Shown here piece by piece: positions 24,912 through 34,923 of a stretch of DNA of 64,000 nucleotides. Under the pieces are notes generated by a model. The model was not told the origin of the DNA and did not search any database. It saw only the letters and a list, made by a program, of their open reading frames with translations. The translations under genes were made by a program, and so were the position numbers. How positions within the stretch are numbered: position 1 is the stretch's first letter; each line of letters begins with the position of its first letter. Origin of the DNA: Gemmatales bacterium (lineage in GTDB: Bacteria > Planctomycetota > Planctomycetia > Gemmatales > HRBIN36). The DNA is taken from positions 162,373 through 226,372 of the forward strand of contig JBEPZY010000004.1 in the NCBI GenBank assembly GCA_041640595.1, written 5' to 3'.

Positions 24912-25430
24912 GCGATCCTTTCCAGCGGGTGGGATGGTTAGTTCGTGAGCTACAAGGGAGCCATTCCCTCCGTGCAGCCGACCGACCGTCGGTCGGATTC
25001 CCTTCTGTCACGTCGGGCTTGTCATTATACAGCCAACGCTTCAGTATCGCTAGGCTATCCCAGCCCTCCTGGCCTGGATAGTTACGGGGGTCATAAAATA
25101 CAAAGCGATACATCACGGGAAGCGGTTCCGGCGAGGTATTCGGAATGCACCTTCGCCCGGGCACCGCTTTATCCTAACCCTCTCGGAAACCGCCTGCCGC
25201 TAGCGGAATTTTTCCTGCCGGAGAATCTTCCTGAATGGAGGTTGTGGAGCATCGCTTCTGGGCCATGCGGCTGGGATGGTCGCGGAAAGTGAGCCGCACG
25301 GCGAGTCGGCCACGGTGGCCGATAGTCATCCTGCCCATTCGGCCGGTAGCGGTTCCCGACAGGACGAAGCAAGCGCTGAGCCTGGGCCAGACAGGAAGCC
25401 TTCTGGGCATTACCGGTTGCAGCGGTCACC

Positions 25431-25541
25431 GACGGGGTGACCTTCTCGCTGATCCGATCGCTGGGGACGTGCGACCATTCCAGACCGTGGTACAACAACC
25501 GTAAGGCAAAGTGGCGCTCTGGCTGATCGGATCGCTGGGAA
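25431..25541. repeat. Degenerate repeat-spacer-repeat unit (37 + 37 bp, period 74)
   Basis: gacggggtgaccttctcgctgatccgatcgctgggga (25431) vs ggcaaagtggcgctctggctgatcggatcgctgggaa (25505). Confidence 0.6.
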
Positions 25542-25563
25542 AACTGGATTTTGGAGACAGCAG

Positions 25564-27834
25564 ATGTGCGGTCGAACGATAGCGATGGCCTATTTGTGGC
25601 GATTGGCTTTGGCGGTGGTGGTCGGGCTGGGCAGTGCGGTAGGGCAGTCGGCATTTGCCCAAGAAAGCGTGTCGTTCGAGCGCGAAGTGATGGCGGTACT
25701 GTCGCGGGCGGGGTGCAATCAGGGAGTCTGTCACGGCAATCAGCAGGGCAAAGGGGGATTCAAACTTTCGCTGCGCGGCGAATCTCCGGAAGCGGATTAC
25801 CTGGCGCTGACCCGCGATGGTGCCGGTCGCCGAATCAATCCCGTGATTCCGGAACTGAGCCTGATTTTGCTCAAACCGACCGGTGCCGTCCCGCACGAAG
25901 GTGGGCAGCGGTTTGCACGCGATTCGGAAAGTTACCGCATTCTGTATCGCTGGATTGCCGCGGGGATGCCTCGCCGATTGCCGAACGAGTCGCCGCTGGC
26001 ACGTCTGGAACTGTCGAGCCGGGAGATTTTCGTCTCTCAGTCCGACCAGGCTCAGCCCTCAGCACCGCGGTTGACGGCGTGGGCGATTTTTGCCGATGGC
26101 AGCCGGCGGGAGGTGACTTCGCTGGCCGTCTTTGAATCCAGTGATCCCCGGGTGCGGGTGGAAGCTGACGGAACCGTAATATGTGAGGGCGAACCCACGC
26201 AATTGATCGAAGCCGCCATTCTGGTGCGTTACCTGCATCAGCAGGCCGTCGTTCGTGTAGCTTTTGTACCACACCGGGCGAACGTCGAATGGGATTTTCC
26301 CACGAACCATCCGATAGACCGGATCGTAGCGCAGCGCTGGCGACGGTTGGGTTTGGCCCCGTCGGAAGTGTGCGACGATTCGGCGTTTTTGCGGCGGGTT
26401 TATCTCGATCTCCTCGGTCGTTTGCCGGAGCCGGAAGAAGTCCGGCGGTTCCTCGCCGACGCTTCACCGAACAAGCGAACCGAACTGGTGGAGCGATTGC
26501 TGAAGCGACCGGAGTTTGCGGAGTTCTGGGCGATGAAATGGGCGGATTTGCTCCGCGTCGAGGAAAAACCGCTCGATCGCAAAGGCGTGCAACTATTCCA
26601 CCAGTGGCTACGCCGGGCGATAGAAGAGGATATGCCGCTCAACGAATTCGCCCGCCAGATCGTCGCCGCTCAGGGCAGCAGCTATCATGTCCCGCCCGCC
26701 AATTTCTACCGTGCTCTGCGCGAGCCGATGACTCGTGCCGAAGCGGTGGCCCAGGTTTTCCTCGGTGTGCGCCTGCAATGTGCCCGCTGCCACAACCATC
26801 CGTTTGATCGCTGGACGCAGGACGATTACCACGCGCTGACGGCCTTTTTCGCACGCATTCAATACCGCATTCTGGACAACAATCGCCGCGACCGACTCGA
26901 TTTGAATGAGTTCGTTGGCGAACAATTGATCTACCAGGACCGCCAGGGAGAATGGACACATCCACGTACGGGGCAAACCGTTCGGCCACGCCTGCCCGGT
27001 CATACCGAACCAATCCCGGACGCTCAGGCAGACCGCTTGCGCATTCTGGCTGACTGGATTGCCGACCCACAAAATCATTATTTCGCCCGCGCTCAGGTGA
27101 ATCGCGTCTGGTATCACCTGTTCGGTCGCGGCCTGGTGGAGCCGATTGACGATTTCCGAGCCTCGAATCCCGCCAGCCAGCCGGAATTGCTGGATTGGCT
27201 CGCTGCCGATTTCGTGGCTCACGGTTACAGTCTGCGGCACCTGTTGCAGACGATCATGACCTCGCGGACTTATCAATTGAGCAGCAGGCCGAACCCGACT
27301 AACGAGGCGGATGATCGCTATTTCTCGCGGGCTTTGGAACGGCCGCTCCAGGCAGAACAGCTCCTCGACGCCCTGGCTCAGGTGATCGGCGTGGAGCTGC
27401 AGTTCCCGGGTTATCCCGAAACGAGGTGGGCCCGTCAATTGCCAGCGCCGTTATCCACACCGCGACGCGAAGGACCGCCGAGCATGCTCGAAACTTTCCT
27501 CAAAATGTTCGGCAAGCCGCAGCGGTTGCTGACCTGTGAATGCGAACGCACTGCCGGACCGACCCTGGGGCAGGCCTTGCAAATGCTCAGCGGCCCGATG
27601 ATCCACTCCTGGATCAGCAAACCCGATAATCGTCTCGGTAAACTTCTAGCGGCCGGCAAGACCGACGCCCAAATCCTCGAGGAATTTTACCTGGCCGCTT
27701 TGGCACGGTATCCGACCGAGCAGGAGCGAAGCCAGCTGCTGGCCTGGTTGCAAGCCCGTCCCAATCGCCGTCAGGCCTGGGAAGACCTCCTCTGGGGCCT
27801 GGTCAATGCCAAGGAATTCCTCCTCCGCTACTAA
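25564..27834 (+). CDS. DUF1549 (PSCyt2)/DUF1553 (PSD1) planctomycete protein
   Basis: GCNQGVCHG..GKGGFKLSL, FLRRVYLDL, QCARCHNHPFDRW, NRVWYHLFGRGLVEPIDD, CECER, WGLVNAKEF. Confidence 0.92.
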   Translation: MCGRTIAMAYLWRLALAVVVGLGSAVGQSAFAQESVSFEREVMAVLSRAGCNQGVCHGNQQGKGGFKLSLRGESPEADYLALTRDGAGRRINPVIPELSLILLKPTGAVPHEGGQRFARDSESYRILYRWIAAGMPRRLPNESPLARLELSSREIFVSQSDQAQPSAPRLTAWAIFADGSRREVTSLAVFESSDPRVRVEADGTVICEGEPTQLIEAAILVRYLHQQAVVRVAFVPHRANVEWDFPTNHPIDRIVAQRWRRLGLAPSEVCDDSAFLRRVYLDLLGRLPEPEEVRRFLADASPNKRTELVERLLKRPEFAEFWAMKWADLLRVEEKPLDRKGVQLFHQWLRRAIEEDMPLNEFARQIVAAQGSSYHVPPANFYRALREPMTRAEAVAQVFLGVRLQCARCHNHPFDRWTQDDYHALTAFFARIQYRILDNNRRDRLDLNEFVGEQLIYQDRQGEWTHPRTGQTVRPRLPGHTEPIPDAQADRLRILADWIADPQNHYFARAQVNRVWYHLFGRGLVEPIDDFRASNPASQPELLDWLAADFVAHGYSLRHLLQTIMTSRTYQLSSRPNPTNEADDRYFSRALERPLQAEQLLDALAQVIGVELQFPGYPETRWARQLPAPLSTPRREGPPSMLETFLKMFGKPQRLLTCECERTAGPTLGQALQMLSGPMIHSWISKPDNRLGKLLAAGKTDAQILEEFYLAALARYPTEQERSQLLAWLQARPNRRQAWEDLLWGLVNAKEFLLRY

Positions 27835-27959
27835 CGGGCCGGTTAGCCACGCTGGTCGCCCCAGCGCTGCGGATGGGAAATACTCCTGCTGACTACTGGT
27901 CGCTTCCTCTCGGCCACATAGTCATGGAAACGGCAGCAACATTTGTCGGCCGGGTGGGG

Positions 27960-28069
27960 AGCAGTTCGTCCGATCACCAACAGTCCGTCGCGTCCCTGAC
28001 TAACCCGGCACCGCGTAGCCGCAGTCCCTGCGGCAGCAGTTCGTCCGATCACCAACAGTCCGTCGCATC
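27960..28069. repeat. Repeat-spacer-repeat unit (35 + 40 bp, period 75)
   Basis: agcagttcgtccgatcaccaacagtccgtcgc(g/a)tc at 27960 and 28035. Confidence 0.85.
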
Positions 28070-28091
28070 GGCAGCCACGAGTCGCATCGGC

Positions 28092-28204
28092 GGCGTCAGG
28101 GTATCAACGGCAGTAGTCGCCTAGCGACGGCCACCGGCAGAAGGGGATGAAATCTGGGTCTTCTGGGCGTCAGGGGATCGGCGGCAGTAGTCGCCTAGCG
28201 ACGG
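28092..28204. repeat. Repeat-spacer-repeat unit (39 + 35 bp, period 74)
   Basis: ggcgtcaggg(t/g)atc(aa/gg)cggcagtagtcgcctagcgacgg at 28092 and 28166. Confidence 0.85.
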
Positions 28205-28270
28205 TGAGATCATGGTGCCGAAGAGCATCGGTCGAACATCGAAAGCAGGCGGGCAAACGGAACACGGCGG

Positions 28271-28645
28271 TCAGTCTATTGTGCCGAAGACCGATTGCAG
28301 AAAGCGTTTCAGTTTGCGATGAGCAGGGGTGCGTCCCTGAGCCAGGATTTGTGCTTCTGCCAGAGTTAGCTGCGGGTCGGGTACCGGCAGGTATTGCAGA
28401 ACGCGCGTCAGGGGGGTTTCCAGGAAGTAGAGTTTATCCTGCAGGACGATGCGAATGCCGAGTTGACGGAGCCATTCCAGGTCGCGGTAAAAGGTTCGCT
28501 GTTCCACTCGCAAACGCCGTAAGAGTTTGTGGCGTGGGTAGGGCCGGGCCGCCAGGGCTTTCACCAGGCGATAAATCCGCCGCAGACGATCCGGGGTGAG
28601 CACATGGTCAGCCTGTCGGCGTGTTGTCCGCCGTCGTTTCGCCAT
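28271..28645 (-). CDS. Small winged-HTH protein (HTH_11-like, as in N-termini of WYL regulators)
   Basis: RLRRIYRLV...LRVEQRTFYRDLEWLRQLGI; ATG 28645 after GAGG. Confidence 0.7.
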   Translation of the reverse strand: MAKRRRTTRRQADHVLTPDRLRRIYRLVKALAARPYPRHKLLRRLRVEQRTFYRDLEWLRQLGIRIVLQDKLYFLETPLTRVLQYLPVPDPQLTLAEAQILAQGRTPAHRKLKRFLQSVFGTID

Positions 28646-28860
28646 ACCCCTACCTCGCAGGCGACCGCAGACACTGTTAGCGCAGACCGGGCGATTCCGC
28701 ATCGCCCCGCCACATTCCAAGGAGGGCGGAAAGTCAAGATGATGATAATCGGAAAGCTGGGAAAATCAAGAAGTGTGGAAAATTTTCCCGACACGGGCTG
28801 GATTGTTTATCCGTCGGCGTGCTCAGCGGAAAGGCCACACAAAAAGGGATTCGCGGGGTT

Positions 28861-30210
28861 TTAGCGGCCCAGCAGATTAAGCACGGCACTGGTCATGGCC
28901 AGAACACCGGTGCGAATCGTCGGTTCGGGAACGGGGTAGTATTCATCGGAATGCAGAGACGGCAACGGACGCCCGCCTTTCTGCGCTGCTTCCACCCGTT
29001 CCGGGTCCACCGTGCCAATGCGGAACATGCACACGGGAACTCCCGCCTGGGCGTATCGGCTGAAATCCTCAGCTCCCATGACCGGAGGCCGCGGATACAC
29101 TTTTGCTTCGCCGAGCACCGCTTTCAGTGCCGCCACCGTTCGCCGTGTCAACGCGGTGTCATTCACCAGCGCCGGAGTAAACTCGCCGGGGTTGATCCGC
29201 ACAATCGGTTCCGGAGCCCGAGCCGCCTGGGCTGCTGCTTTGGCAATCCGCTCAATGGCTTCCAGAACGTGCTTCCGCGTCGTGTCCTTCATCGTGCGAA
29301 CGGTGAGCTGCAAATGCACTTCGGAAGGAATAATGTTGTGCTTGGTGCCGCCGTGAATGGAACCCACCGTTACCACCACCGCGTCGAGCGGATCGGTTTC
29401 GCGGCTGGCAATGGTCTGCAAATCGAGGATGATGCGGGCGGCAATGACAATCGGGTCAATGCTCTGGTGCGGCGCGGCACCATGCCCACCTTTACCGCGA
29501 ACGATAATGTCCACGGCATCGGCATTGGCCAGGCTCACACCTTCCGTGTAATTCACCGTGCCGTACGGGGCGAAACCGTCGCAATGCAACGCCAGGGCGT
29601 AATCGGGTTTCGGAAACCGCGTGAACAAGCCGTCCTCGAGCATGGCACGGGCTCCGCCACCAATTTCCTCGGCCGGCTGGGCGATGAACACCAGCGTCCC
29701 TCTCCAGCGATCCTTGAGCTTCACCAGCATCCGCGCTGTTCCAACCCAGCAGGTCATGTGCACATCGTGGCCGCAGGCATGCATCACGCCCACTTCCCGT
29801 CCTTCCGCATTCCGAACCCGCACGCGACTCGCATACGGTAAACCCGTCCGCTCAACAATCGGCAAAGCATCCATGTCGGTGCGGACCATCACCACCGGCC
29901 CGGCACCGTTTTTCAACACGCACACCAGTCCCGTCTTGCCCACACCTTCGGTCACCTCAAAACCCAGACCTCGCATTTCCTTCGCCAGACGTGCCGCCGT
30001 CTCCTTCTCCTGGAACGACAACTCAGGATGGGCGTGAAGGTGCTTATAGAGAGCGTCCAGGTAAGGGTAATCTTCGTCCAGCCAGGATTGCACCTGTTTG
30101 GCCAGTTGCGGTAAATCGCTGGCTGGTTTCGTTTCCTCGCTTTGACCCGACACAGCCAGACCGGCCATCAGGCCAACCCACACGCTCAAAAGTATCCGCC
30201 ATCGGAGCAT
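28861..30210 (-). CDS. M20D amidohydrolase with signal peptide
   Basis: HAHPELSFQE, RTDMDALP, MHACGHDVH, QPAEE, GKGGHG, AEDF, LHS. Confidence 0.93.
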   Translation of the reverse strand: MLRWRILLSVWVGLMAGLAVSGQSEETKPASDLPQLAKQVQSWLDEDYPYLDALYKHLHAHPELSFQEKETAARLAKEMRGLGFEVTEGVGKTGLVCVLKNGAGPVVMVRTDMDALPIVERTGLPYASRVRVRNAEGREVGVMHACGHDVHMTCWVGTARMLVKLKDRWRGTLVFIAQPAEEIGGGARAMLEDGLFTRFPKPDYALALHCDGFAPYGTVNYTEGVSLANADAVDIIVRGKGGHGAAPHQSIDPIVIAARIILDLQTIASRETDPLDAVVVTVGSIHGGTKHNIIPSEVHLQLTVRTMKDTTRKHVLEAIERIAKAAAQAARAPEPIVRINPGEFTPALVNDTALTRRTVAALKAVLGEAKVYPRPPVMGAEDFSRYAQAGVPVCMFRIGTVDPERVEAAQKGGRPLPSLHSDEYYPVPEPTIRTGVLAMTSAVLNLLGR

Positions 30211-30541
30211 TGCATCGGCCCTCGTGATTGGTGAATAGCGGGAAGCGTTCGTCCGAGAATCACGGCAAGCTGTCTGTTCGCAGGTACGCTTACACTCGCC
30301 GCTCCTCAGTGTTCTATGGACACACTTGCGGGCAGTCACGGCATCGGTTTCGTCGTCAGCAGTTTGGAAAAGCATCCGGCGTTCGATCGCTGTTCGGCGG
30401 CGAGCAAGGCAGGCAGATTCGCCATAAGCACTTTGCTCAAGCCGAGCCGGGCGACTCGATCGCGATTGCCGGCCACCGGTTTTGCCACAGGCGTCCCAGC
30501 GAAATGGACTCGGAGAATTCGAGCATCGTTCACGCCCAGCC

Positions 30542-30652
30542 GTGCGGCCGCTTTCGCCATCAGCATAGTCAATCATGCAGGCATTGGGTGGTTGCTGGCT
30601 CTGCTGGCGGTATGGGTGCGGCCGCTTTCGCCATCAGCATAGCCCATCGTGC
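30542..30652. repeat. Repeat-spacer-repeat unit (37 + 37 bp, period 74)
   Basis: gtgcggccgctttcgccatcagcatagtcaatcatgc (30542) vs gtgcggccgctttcgccatcagcatagcccatcgtgc (30616). Confidence 0.85.
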
Positions 30653-30731
30653 CACCCTCGGCGACTGGCAGACCGGCAGGAAACCGGATTCGCCCAAAAA
30701 ACGTCATTCGCGGTGCACATACGCACATTCA

Positions 30732-31633
30732 CAAGAGCGGCGTGCGTCAGCCGCAGTGGTTCGATAACGCAGCTGCAGATGCAATCGCTTTTCCCGGACT
30801 GAGCACGTCCGCGTGCCACGGCTGGCTCATGCCAGCCGCTCCTGGTGTGCGGCGTCGGTCCGCTGAAAAATAGCGACATTCGCGGTGCACATCCGCACAT
30901 TTTACAAGAGCGGCAGGCGTCAGCCCGCCGTGCGTAACGTAACGTTCTTGCAAATCGGAAACGCCGATCGGCAGCCGCAGCCGTGTGTGCAACCAGGAGC
31001 GGCGGGCGTCAGCCCGCCGTGGGTGTGGAAAACATGTTTGCGCAGACACGAGCGCGATTGTTCGGCGCACTGCCGACGGTGTGCGGTTCGCCGTTGCATT
31101 TGCGTTAATAGTTACCACGGGGGGCTTACGCCCCCCGCTCTTGGTGGTTCTGCGGTGCGGACATTTGCCGGCGAAACTGCGACTTGTGCGATACACAAAC
31201 GCTCGTTTACAGGAGCGGCGTGCGTCAGCCCGCCGTGGGTAACGTAACGTTCTTGCAAATCGGAAACGCCGATCGGCAGCCGCAGCCGTGTGTGCAACCA
31301 GGAGCGGCGGGCGTCAGCCCGCCGTGGGTGTGGGAAACATGTTTGCGCAGACACGAGCGCGATTGTTCGGCGCACTGCCGACGGTGTGCGGATCGCCGTT
31401 GCATTTGCGTTAATAGTTACCACGGGGGGCTTACGCCCCCCGCTCTTGGTGGTTCTGCGGTGCGGACATTTGCCAACGAAACTGCGACTTGTGCGATACA
31501 CGAACGCTCGTTCTACAAGAGCGGCGGGCGTCAGCCCGCCGTGGGTAACGTAACGTTCTTGCAAATCGGAAACGCCGATCGGCAGCCGCAGCCGTGTGTG
31601 CAACCAGGAGCGGTGACCGTCAGCCCGCCGTGG
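30732..31633. repeat. REP/REPIN-like hairpin cluster (about 10 copies; about 305-bp tandem block)
   Basis: Same REP core; block near 30905-31210 repeated near 31210-31515. Confidence 0.9.
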
Positions 31634-31748
31634 TTTGGTAACGGCCCGCGCTTGCAGGGCATAGCGAACAATTTTCGGCGAACACCGCCCGCCGTGCGAC
31701 GGGAATCGCGCCGGCAGCAGCAATGCCGCAACTTTCCGAACACCGTCT

Positions 31749-32078
31749 TCATCCATCAGGCGCAGCGGGCGTTACTGAAGGTGGAGTCCAGCGCATCAGC
31801 CACCACAGGGCCAGCCCGTGACCCAGCACCAGTGCCCAGGGGATGCTCGAATCAATCCAGGCCGGTCCTAGCCAGCTGTTGAGCCAGCGAGCAACCACCA
31901 GGGCATCGTACAGGGCCAGTTCGAAGTAGGCAAAAATCGAAACCAGGCCAAGCAACCGCCAGACGGTCGGCCAGAAGGGTAGCATCAGGCCCAATGCCAC
32001 TATCACGTCGTAGGCCGTCCAGCTCCACTGGACTGCGGGTCGGTCCAGCCAACTGCTGGCCAGAGCACTACGTGGCAC
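31749..32078 (-). CDS. Small hypothetical membrane protein
   Basis: 109 aa, three hydrophobic segments. Confidence 0.5.
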   Translation of the reverse strand: MPRSALASSWLDRPAVQWSWTAYDVIVALGLMLPFWPTVWRLLGLVSIFAYFELALYDALVVARWLNSWLGPAWIDSSIPWALVLGHGLALWWLMRWTPPSVTPAAPDG

Positions 32079-32439
32079 TCACCCACTGCCGAAGCAAACG
32101 GCCTGCTCGGCTGGCGAACCACACCAACGGATTACCTGACCGCTGATGCGCATCCCCGCACCAAACATCAACCACGCTACGACCGGTAATACCCACCAGC
32201 GAGTTTGCTGCCAGCGCAAGTTCGGCTCCTTACATCGGTGGGAGTTGGCTTTCCGAGCCCTTGGCTCTGCCGGGCATCATTCGCGTCGTCGAAAGTACCG
32301 AGGCTTCGCGGTTACGAAATCGCCAGGTGTCCCGCTACTCGATCAGATGCGTGCGTTCACCGGGATTGCTCGACCGCACCCGCCGCGATGGTGGTTATTC
32401 CGTGGCCGGTCAAATTTCGTCCGCGGCCTGGCTACGCTC

Positions 32440-34053
32440 TCAGCCGCCCAATGCCGCACGGGCACGCTGAATGAGTTGATTATCGCGGTGGCTGGTGCCT
32501 TTGAGATTGAAAAGGCTGGCCGCCAGGAAGCGGTTTCGCCAAACCGGACTGGCGTGGAAGAAATCTTCCAATGCCGCCGAGCTGAACTTGTAATCGTGGG
32601 AATCGAAACCTTTGGCGAAAATCAACCGTCGTGCCGTGGCGATCAGAGCCACCGGGTCCACGACATTTTGCTGCAACGCGGTAAGGGTCTTGCGAGCCGC
32701 CAGCAGCGTATCTTTGCCCACGAGATCGAAAATCTCCTCGACGGCATCGGTGCCGGTTTTGGTCAGCGGAGCCGGTTCCAGTTCGTCCAGCCGCAACGCT
32801 TCGTTGAGTTTGCCCCGTTGCCGCATCGCCTCGCGGAACATGGCCAGGAAGGCCGCGTTTTGCAGCAGAATGTAGCGCCGATGCTCGTCCACACCGCTGT
32901 TTTGAAAGGCGAAGTGCATGGCGTTGGTCATGGTGACGCAATGCAGACCGACGATGCCCGGCTGGCGTGCCAACCATTCGCCCGCACACAGGAACAGGCC
33001 ATCGTAAATCGACTGCGGACTGATCCCAGCGTTGAGCAATTTCACCACGTACGCACTGGCTTCCTCCGCGTCGGCGCTACGCAGCACCTGCACCAGTTCT
33101 GCCGCGGCCTTGGCATCGGGCCGACCGGCATACCAGTCCGCACGAATTTCCCGGATTCGCTCCCGATTGCGGCGACCGGGCCGATCCGCCGGAAGGTCGT
33201 TTTGCGCTGGATTGGGATCCCGACCGCGGTCGAGCAAGGCATACGCTAAGGAACGCAGCACCGGTTCGGCATAACGCCAGCCGATCACCTGTAAAGTTCG
33301 CCAGGCGTTAGCAGCGTAAATGATTTTGTGGCCAATGTCACGGAAATCCCGCACTGCCAGCCGCCAGAAACACTCACTGATCTCTGCCTGCCCGGCCGAA
33401 CGCGCTAAGACCGTGATTGCCCGATCCGCCTCTTCCTCATCCCAGGCTTCCATAGCCTGGAGGAAACGTTCCCTGGCCCGTTCCGGCGGCGGCAACCGCT
33501 TGTCATCGGCAGGAGGCAGACGCCAATCCCCTTCGACGCGGTTCCTTTCCTGGGCCACCTTGAAATAGTCCAGCGCCCAGAACAGCGGCAGCCAGCGATC
33601 GCGGTCACTGGAAGCCATCGCCGCCAGATGCGCCGAATTGACCACCAGAACCGCGTGAAATTTATATCCGACCGGACGCGGTTGTATGCCGCGCACCCCT
33701 GCCAGCATCAATGCCGCCAGCCATTGCTGATAGCTCGTCCCCGCACGGATACGTTCAGCGACTACCTCCAGCAAGCGGTCTCGCGGAGTTTCTTCGATGA
33801 GCCGAACCAGCGGTTCCACCTCGGCAGGATATTGCACCATGGGGCGAACGATCTGCGTTTGCTCCGCCGACACCGCCGGTAACCGGCTCAGAAAATCCAG
33901 CCCGATTAGCCCCACCGCACTACCCAGAAACTCCCGTCGGGCGATTGCCACCCGTCCGAGTTCGCCATGCGACGGTACGCTCCCTGACGTGCTGCTTACC
34001 GGAAACTCACGTTGCACCATCCCCGCTACCGTGTTCCCGACGGACCTGCTCAT
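32440..34053 (-). CDS. Conserved hypothetical helical protein with Tat-like leader
   Basis: RREFLG motif plus AxA; repeated His motifs (KFHAV, IGHKI, GLHCV, DSHDYK). Confidence 0.8.
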   Translation of the reverse strand: MSRSVGNTVAGMVQREFPVSSTSGSVPSHGELGRVAIARREFLGSAVGLIGLDFLSRLPAVSAEQTQIVRPMVQYPAEVEPLVRLIEETPRDRLLEVVAERIRAGTSYQQWLAALMLAGVRGIQPRPVGYKFHAVLVVNSAHLAAMASSDRDRWLPLFWALDYFKVAQERNRVEGDWRLPPADDKRLPPPERARERFLQAMEAWDEEEADRAITVLARSAGQAEISECFWRLAVRDFRDIGHKIIYAANAWRTLQVIGWRYAEPVLRSLAYALLDRGRDPNPAQNDLPADRPGRRNRERIREIRADWYAGRPDAKAAAELVQVLRSADAEEASAYVVKLLNAGISPQSIYDGLFLCAGEWLARQPGIVGLHCVTMTNAMHFAFQNSGVDEHRRYILLQNAAFLAMFREAMRQRGKLNEALRLDELEPAPLTKTGTDAVEEIFDLVGKDTLLAARKTLTALQQNVVDPVALIATARRLIFAKGFDSHDYKFSSAALEDFFHASPVWRNRFLAASLFNLKGTSHRDNQLIQRARAALGG

Positions 34054-34381
34054 GGCCAGCCCTCCTCTTTCGGAAAATCCTACCGTTGTAACAACCGACG
34101 CTGCCGGCAGCTAATCTATCAGTTTTCCAGCCACCGGCGAGTGCCCCACCGCAAGACCGAGACGCTCGCATCAGCCCCATGCCCAATCGCAACTGGTTCC
34201 CTGTATTGTCGGGTGCGCGAGTTTCAATGGCCTAATGCTCAATCGCAGTTGGCTCGCGGACACGTGCCGCAATGACTACGCTCGAGCAAACTCACGATTT
34301 GGCCAGCGCTGGACAGGTTCGGTAGCCCTGATCTCGACGGAAGCACGCCACCGCGGCGAAACCGCATCGGCGTACGAAACC

Positions 34382-34617
34382 GCCTGGTTCACCGTATCGG
34401 CGTTGCTTTTGGACTTCGCGGACGCTCACAAGTGCATGCCCGTGGTTGTTCTGGTTCGCAGTATCAGCGCTTTGCCCGGACTTCAGCAACCCTCGCAAGC
34501 GGATGCGCATTGTCGGCCTGGTTCATCATCGGTGTTCCATCCGCAGTCCGCGAACACAACCTCGATGCTGATCCGAACAGAGCCTCGTTCATCATCGGCG
34601 TTACACCCGCAGCCCGC
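34382..34617. repeat. Degenerate mini-array, 4 repeats, period 66-67
   Basis: gcctggttcaccgtatcggcgtt (34382), ttctggttcgcagtatcagcgct (34449), gcctggttcatcatcggtgttccatccgcagtccgc (34516), gcctcgttcatcatcggcgttacacccgcagcccgc (34582). Confidence 0.65.
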
Positions 34618-34730
34618 TCATTTCCACAACGGTTCGCCCGGCGCGCGACCTATTTTCGGACAATCGCCCGGTAAGGTGGATTTTCTCTCCAAGCCGCGGC
34701 ATCGGCTACCGTGTCCAGGCTGACAAGCCG

Positions 34731-34828
34731 GTTGCATGACTCCTGCACACTGGATTTGTTCGCATCAGCGCGACCGGCAGCACAACGTCCGCAACAAGTT
34801 GCATGAACCCTGCACGCAGGGTTTCTTC
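34731..34828. repeat. Repeat-spacer-repeat unit (31 + 36 bp, period 67)
   Basis: gttgcatgactcctgcacactggatttgttc vs gttgcatgaaccctgcacgcagggtttcttc. Confidence 0.7.
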
Positions 34829-34923
34829 ACCAGCCGAACGGGCCGGCAATACGCCGCCGCGTGTCCTCTGGTGAACTTGCGCTGCGGGCCAGTTTTTTCG
34901 CCGGTCGTAAGCATCACCGGCCT

